From NCBI RefSeq assembly GCF_009914755.1, contig NC_060931.1: DNA of 64,000 nt; one strand, 5' to 3'. The notes under the pieces are model-generated. The model ran no database searches, was not told where the DNA came from, and saw only the letters and a list, made by a program, of their open reading frames with translations. The position numbers and the translations under genes were made by a program. This DNA is from the human T2T-CHM13v2.0 reference genome, Homo sapiens. This document shows, one piece after another, positions 57,330 to 64,000 of the stretch (position 1 is the stretch's first letter; each line of letters begins with the position of its first letter).

Positions 57330-57740
57330 TCATAGCCTCTTAGAGTTGAAAGGGACCTGAAGCAAATTGCCTTTAATAGCAACCCTGAGTGGAGGTCACC
57401 TAGACTCATCTTGAATACTTTCAGTGATGGGGCACTCACATATTTATAAACATCAAAGCCCATTTGATTATTGGATGACTCAGAACTTTTCCTTGTACTG
57501 TAAAAATCTGCCTCCCTTTGGTTTCCACTTATTCCTATTCTATATTGAGGGTACACCAAGCAGCCCTCCTTCCTCTTGCAAATTCTTAGGACAGCTCACT
57601 CATTCATGGCCACCTCTAACCAACTACCTGCTTTTTCCTCCAGGTAGAATATCTTACATTTCCTTAAGTCTTCTGTGCATGACATGATTTCTACACCCAT
57701 TATCACCCATATTGCTGCCTTGGATGTTCCTTAGTTTATG
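57330..57740 (-). mobile_element. L3/CR1 3' fragment
   Basis: ttagagttgaaagggacct...ttgaatactttcagtgatggggcactcac...aaatctgcctccct. Confidence 0.7.
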
Positions 57741-57959
57741 GGCCTACACTACTTGTTATTTTCTTCTACTCCCTAGCCAATCTCTGAGTAAAAGTAGTTG
57801 CCAAAACTCTGAGTAGAGTGTGACTTAGTAAAATTTAAAATAAGAATATATTTACATTAAACAATTATTGCTCTTTTATGTTTTCTGTTTTTCTGTTAAA
57901 CATTTTTAGAGCATATTTGTAAAAATATGTCATTAGTCCAGTATTCTTCATTAAACTAA

Positions 57960-58390
57960 CTGTAATAGCACTTGGTGGGAGTTTTGAATCAGTAGAGATT
58001 CCCAGCCTCCAGTCTATATATTCACCTGGCCGCACCACCAGAAATCCAAAATCTTGAGTATTAGCAGGAGGTATCTGTATTTTTCACAAAGCCCCCAGCA
58101 TATTCTGAGGATGGAGATTGATGGCATTCTCCCGTCTCCTTCCAGGGACACTGCTTGGAAAGCTGAACCTTTGAGCAGCCACTTGCAGCTGCATGGTGTG
58201 CCATCACAGCTGTTCAGGTGGAAGCTTTTCAGGAATCAGTGGTTTCCCTGGCTCTACCTTGGAATCATCGAAAAACTTAAAAGTTACTGAGGCCTGTCCC
58301 CACAACCGGAACTTTCTTGGTCTGGGGTCCGCATGGGCAACTCAGTTGTCAAGCACTCCCCTGGTGATGCGGATGTACAACCAGTGTATT
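57960..58390. mobile_element. Two MER5-type hAT relics (about 57960-58110 and 58225-58390)
   Basis: atctgtatttttcacaaagcccccag...attctga; cagtggtttcc...ggaatca...cccctggtgat. Confidence 0.55.
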
Positions 58391-61284
58391 GAATAGAATG
58401 AATAATTGCCTGAGCCTGCTTTAACCAGCAAGGGGATTGGCAATGCAGAGGGAAGGATAGTGACTAGAATACACCTGGGTGTTCTCTAGGACTGGCCGTA
58501 CAGCTGTGCTTCCAGAGTATCGGAGAGGGGTGTTCATTAAGGATGTGGGACAGGACTCAACTCGCCTCATTTCATGTTTTCAAAGCTTTGGTTTTGAGTA
58601 TAGCATCAAATGATTGAATAAAATAGAAATCTGCCTTTAGGGTCCTCATATTTTCTGCTCTACCAAGGTGTGGTAGTTTGGTCAGCTCCCCATAGTTTTC
58701 AAATGTACTTTAGATAAGTTTGCATTTCAACCTCTATCTGGAGAATCACATTTATCTTGCCCTTCATTAAGGTCTAGCAGTTTCCAAAATGTCTGTAGAG
58801 ACTGTGTGGGGAAGGAAGATGGATGGCCTGAATGAGACAAGCCCCTTCTCCCGCCGCCTCCTCGACCTGCCCCCAGAGTCTTCTCTGCATCTTCACCCTG
58901 GTCACTTCATCAGGCCCCTCCCGAAGCTCCCACGCCACACCCCACACCCCGCAGGTTATCGCAACTGCCCTAGAGGCTGCCTGCGACCATTTGCAGCTTG
59001 TGAAAGTGATTTTCTCAGCCCTTTGCTGAGATAATGTCCCTGGGACAATGACCTTTAGTAGATGCAGAGAGATTGCACTGCCACCCCCAGCTGCTGGCTT
59101 GGGAACTCTCCAGCATGTTTACTTGGTGACCATGATGTGCAGTCCATAAGGAAGCCCACAGGGAAGCGTGAACCACTGGGAAATAGTGGAAAGAGCAGCT
59201 TCCACTGGCATTTCCCCCTAATCTAATCTACCTCAGTGATTTAGGACTAACTCTTCCTAGAATGTTTAGTTACAAAGATAAGCTTGCACATATAAATACG
59301 TTATCATTCCAAACCCACCTCCTCACAGAATGTGGGAAGGTCAGGATTCTGACCCCTCTGTCTTTCCTTCTCTTGTCTCTCTCCTTCTCCGAGACTGAGC
59401 CTCTTGATTTCTGACTCTCATGTTCACTTATAGTCCTCGACCTCTTTGAAGCCTGATATTGATTACCGTGAAATGTCAATTGTCTGATTGCAGTAGGGCA
59501 CCTGGAAGTTATTCAGATAAGCAGAGGCGTTTTGAATGTTAATGAAGCCTGTTGGGAGCCGTGACCTTCTAAGTGATGGTGTTTCAGGAAAAGGAAGATC
59601 AGGCAATTGAAATGTCGTTCTCTTTTTTTACTAGTTCAGTTGCTTTTTCTCACCACGAGACACTCATTGAATCCTAGGGCATTTTGATTAAAGATATGAC
59701 CATGTATCTCTGCCCTCTGGACAGTTTTAGACATCGAGATAAATAGGCTGTTCCAGGTTTTCTTGGTGTTGCTCATTCAGACTTAACTTTTCAGCAGTAA
59801 ATTTCCCCCTAAGTCAAGTGAAAACTGCTGTTTCTCCTTCTATATTGGTTGGGTCTCCAACTAAAAAATATTGACTGATTTTCAAACATGCGCAGAAATA
59901 CAACTGAGCATCCCAAGCAAGTCTGCACCTCCAGACATTTTTTAAAAAATATCTCCTGATGGAGCTTTTATTTGGTTATGAAGTGAAAGGGCTTAGCAGC
60001 TTCAGACACCTCACTACATTGCCTGCTCCTTCCTTGCAGGTATGGGATGGAAGGCTTGCTGTGGGGGAAGGTGGCTTAGTAATGAAGGGAGCCCATCTCA
60101 ACTGGGGCTCGTGGGAGAGTAAATTAGGCCCTCTAGGAAAAAGTTCAAGGGAGTCTTTGTGAATTCTCCCAAGGATGGAACATTCTAGATAGGAGGGATA
60201 GAAGCAAATCATTCTATACGTTGGAAGCATTGGGGCTTCGTATTCTTGTGGAACCTTGTTGAGAAGGGCAGGTGTCATCCAGGAAAGAAGGGACCACAGT
60301 ACTTTGCTGTGCAGCATGGGGAAAAGGGAGCATTTATGGACATCAACCAGGATGAAGCTTTCCTCCTGATTTTCAGAGGCTTCACTTTTGTGCTTTTTAT
60401 CCAAGTCAGGTTAGTGCCCAAAACAAAGCAAACAAATAAAGGCCTTTATTTTAAGCCAACCTTGTAACATCTCCATTCATTCTACAGCTCAAGGTGAGGC
60501 TCCCCGAGGACCCCACATTTTAGTGTGTGTGCATCACCCAGAGTACAGACTTTGAGCGATGCCTGTTATCTAGCTGCGCTGGCTCATGTTCAGCAGTTGC
60601 AACAGCTCCATGGCTGCAATGGCTCAATATCAGCAGTTCCTTCCCCACTCAACCACAACTTCAACAGTTCTAAATCTGTTTTTGGCCAAGTCTTCAGGAT
60701 ATAACTTTGCCAGCAATATCACCTTGTTTATTAAGCCCTATCTTCCACCACCTGTCAGAATCTCTGGTTTATCGAGACCACTGTAACACTTTAACTCCTC
60801 TTTATGAAGTTGAGCATTATAGACAGATGCTGTGGTTTGTGGAGCCTTGGTAGTCTCTGATTATATATGTGTCTGTGTATGTAGATATACATATACGCAG
60901 ACATATATAATTATGTATGTACACATATTATGTGTGTATTTCCTATCATGTTGGGTGAATGCAATCAGTAGACTTGTTCCATATTATCCTCTTATAACTA
61001 GGATTTTACAAATGCTTTCAGAGTAATTGGGCAGTAATTGCTCATTCCCAGGCCCATTGTCTCCCATGATGCCTTCCAACTGCATTCATGGGTGCTCCCA
61101 ATCCAGCTCTAAACTGAAAAAGATAGGCCATCTATTCCGTAGGGTGGTTTTGTGCACTCAACAAAGGATAATTTCAGAAGATTATCAGAAACTGCCATGT
61201 ACCTGGCACCCGCTTGAGGATGGCACCGTCTCCTCTTTGCTCAAGCACTGACATGGCTGCCTGTTTCTTAACTGCAGATCCAAC

Positions 61285-61770
61285 CTGACACGCAGGGCCC
61301 TCCCCAGTATCCTTCTAGCCACTTTTGAACTCTACTTCTTCTAACTGTCCTAGCTAAACTGAACCATTTACTACCTTCTGGTAATAGTGTTGCTTTTCCA
61401 TTTCTCTTTGACTGTTTATTGAGCCTGGAGGGCCCACCCTGCTCCTATTTCTTCCTTTACCATCCTTACTCCATCTCTCTCTTTTGATATTCCAAGCATC
61501 CACTGGAGTCCATTTCACTTGCCTCTTTCTCAAAAGTATTCCTGCTCCTTTCAACAGAATGGATTCTCTCCCTTTTCCAATCCCAGTGCTTTGTTTGGGC
61601 CTCTATCCTGATTGCCATCACAGCCTATCTCATTATTAGTTTGCTCTGTCCAGATCTTCGTGGCCCCCTCCATCACTGGGCTTTGAGCTTCCTGACAGTG
61701 GGAGTTTAGTTTTGAACTACACCCCTTTATATTTCACCCAGCACTTAAGTGCCTTACTAAATAAATACAT
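61285..61770 (+). mobile_element. L2 3' fragment, diverged
   Basis: Pyrimidine-rich body ending ctttgagcttcctgacagtggg...cccagcacttaagtgcc...aataaatac. Confidence 0.55.
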
Positions 61771-63097
61771 TTAATTGGTGTAAAACACAGATTGGAGAAG
61801 GATCCCAAATTTTACGCTGTCTTGATTTTGCATTATATGGATCTCGCATTTGATGATCTGGCTATTTTGTGTTACCTGCCTTCCCAGTGTGTGTTCTACT
61901 GGTCCAAAAACAAAATGAAACAACAGGACAGATTCTGGGTCAGCAAATTTGGGAAACTTGCCCACCATACCTCTTCTCGAAGACCCACAGTCCACAGAAC
62001 ATTTACCTAGTAAAGGAGCCTGATTTAACTTTATTAAATATACTAAATTTGCTTGACCTCAGAACTATGATCCCCTCTGCATTATATACACACACACTGC
62101 ACTACACTTCTATGAGAAATTCTTGGTAGTGTAGATGGTGCTGTGTAATGGACAAGGGCTTAGGACAAAGGGCTCCATGGTACAAGAACCAGGTGTTGAA
62201 CCCCAGTAAGACAATACCTGGGTTCTGAGCAGAGAGAGGGCAATGAAACCATCCCAACAACTCTCTCTTCCCTGACTGGGATAGGGCACCTCTTCTGCCA
62301 GATGCTGGATGGGGTGTGGAATGAAACTGATTCTTCACAAGAACAGAATTAGAATGGATTTGAGAATATTTTAATAAGTATCTCATGTGAAGCACTTGGC
62401 TTTCTTAAAAGACACAGCTAATGAGCTTTATTCTCTACATGAAAAGCAGAAAGGAATTTAGTAACCAAATGAAAGAGTTCCCAGAGGTGCACTCGGAACA
62501 GCCCCTTAACAAGGATCTGTCCTCCATGGAATAGCCCGTTTGCCGCCTTCTCCCAGGGTCCCAGGCATGCTGCTAAACATGTGGCTCAGAAAGGAGCCCA
62601 CGCTGGTGTCTGGGAGGCAGTAGGACCGCAAAGAAATTCATACACAACACACTTGACCTGTAAAATTGCCATTTCCATTTAAAGTGAGCTCTACACCCAG
62701 CTAGATGAGCAGCTGGTCTAAGTTGTCACCATTTTTTAACTCTTGTGCCCACTTGCCACCAATCTGTCATTCCTGTTTGACGACACCAGTCATCTGCATG
62801 GCAGCTGGCAGATGCTAAAGACTAGCAGGAAGACCTCAGGACTGTGGGCCACCTGTCAGGGGAGTGAGGGGGCTGTCAGCTGACACTTCTCCCCCTTATC
62901 TAACAGTGCTGGGGCCAAGGACTGGAATGCAGGTTTGACCATCAGCTGATGTTTCCTGTAAACATAAAGATGAAATGGTTGCCTTTTGAGACTTTCGTAA
63001 TGCAGAGACTTAAGCTGCAAGCGTGGGTGGAGAGGTTTGTTTTATAGTCTTGAACAAGGTTTCTGCTGACTTCTGTGTCTGTCTGGTTTCTTTGCAG

Positions 63098-63193
63098 TTC
63101 CTCAGCACTTTGTTTGCCCCCTTAAACTTTGTCATGGAGAAAGTGGAGAGCATCCTCCCATCCAGTCTGTGGCACCAGCTAACACGGATCTGA
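63098..63193 (+). CDS. ST7: ST7 distal alternative last exon, CDS part: FLSTLFAPLNFVMEKVESILPSSLWHQLTRI*
   Basis: ctgac branch, then tctggtttctttgcag|TTC acceptor; phase 0; 31 codons then TGA 63191-63193; recognised as the other known ST7 C-terminus. Confidence 0.95.
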   Translation, partial: FLSTLFAPLNFVMEKVESILPSSLWHQLTRI

Positions 63194-63413
63194 GAGAAGC
63201 CCTGTCCTCCACTCACCTCACCCGCCGCTGCCACCATCTCCTCTGTGCCAACTCCTTGTGGACCGCAAGAAAGCATGACTTTGAAAAAGGGAAGCCATTC
63301 CGAGATTTTAAAATGTTCATGGACTATTCCATATTAAAAGCTGTTTTTGTTGTACAAAATTCACTGATGTTCAGTTCTATTTTATTTTGCCTTCAGAAAA
63401 GAAGAAAGTCAAA

Positions 63414-63419
63414 AATAAA
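63414..63419 (+). terminator. Poly(A) signal for the distal last exon
   Basis: AATAAA about 220 nt after the stop, followed by CA dinucleotides and U/GU-rich sequence. Confidence 0.8.
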
Positions 63420-64000
63420 ACTTTTGTGTATTACAGCAATCATTTGTATCCTCCTGTGTCTTCCAACCCTAAAATTGTTGATGTCCCAAATAAACCTTTG
63501 GATTTACCTTGAGTTTCCTGGGAACCTGGATCTACTGAATGCCACATCATGGTTTCTGTGCTGATGGAACACATCTCAGCAGGCCCTGAGAACCCCTTAT
63601 AGGCAGAGGCTTGGAAAATGGAATCTCTTGGGTTCAACAGGACCATCATTGTCAACCCCAAACTGTCCTTCTAGGCCAAATGCACAGAAAAAGCTCGCAA
63701 GAGGAATCACTGGAAGCATGAATGAAGCAAAATGTGTGTGCCATGGCAGGTTGTTCTGGTTCAGAGACTCTACTTACTGAATAGTGTTCAACACTGTAGT
63801 TCCAGGAATCCTTTTGGTTTTGCTGTTTGAAAACTTCTTGTGAGAAAACTCCTGATAAGAAGCCGCAGACCCAACAGTCTGTGGTAGAACCTGACCAGTT
63901 TACTGTCATTGCCATTTTTAAAATGTTTTCTCGTAAGGGTACTTTTAAATTTTTTATCATGTTTGCATTCCTGATGCTTCAGTGTGAGCATTCTTTGAGT

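Overview
Human (primate) genomic DNA, not prokaryotic. The window holds the 3' half of ST7 (suppression of tumorigenicity 7, 7q31) on the + strand. It contains six internal coding exons (4527-4641, 22986-23058, 24499-24601, 43129-43279, 52420-52512, 55259-55398), all with canonical AG/GT ends and matching phases, and two alternative last exons (proximal CDS 56197-56316, distal CDS 63098-63193), each with its own AATAAA. The rest is intron filled with Alu, L1, L2, L3/CR1, MIR, a THE1 LTR, DNA-transposon relics and microsatellites. Almost all ORF-track entries are repeat-derived or chance. Main observations: (1) the proximal last exon is built on a sense L2 LINE that supplies the protein tail, stop codon, 3'UTR, poly(A) signals and an extensive miR-28/708/151 site; (2) a 136-nt candidate cassette exon in the short intron between the 2nd and 3rd exons has the same phases as the next exon, so it is either an in-frame substitute or a poison exon, with an RBFOX motif and hairpins beside it; (3) there are further candidate poison, micro and terminal exons; (4) there are several mutational scars (a 57-bp templated insertion, a poly(A)-only retro-insertion, a twin-priming-like L1, an L2-derived dimeric minisatellite). 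Exon numbers and repeat subfamily names are from memory and visual comparison, and repeat boundaries are approximate.
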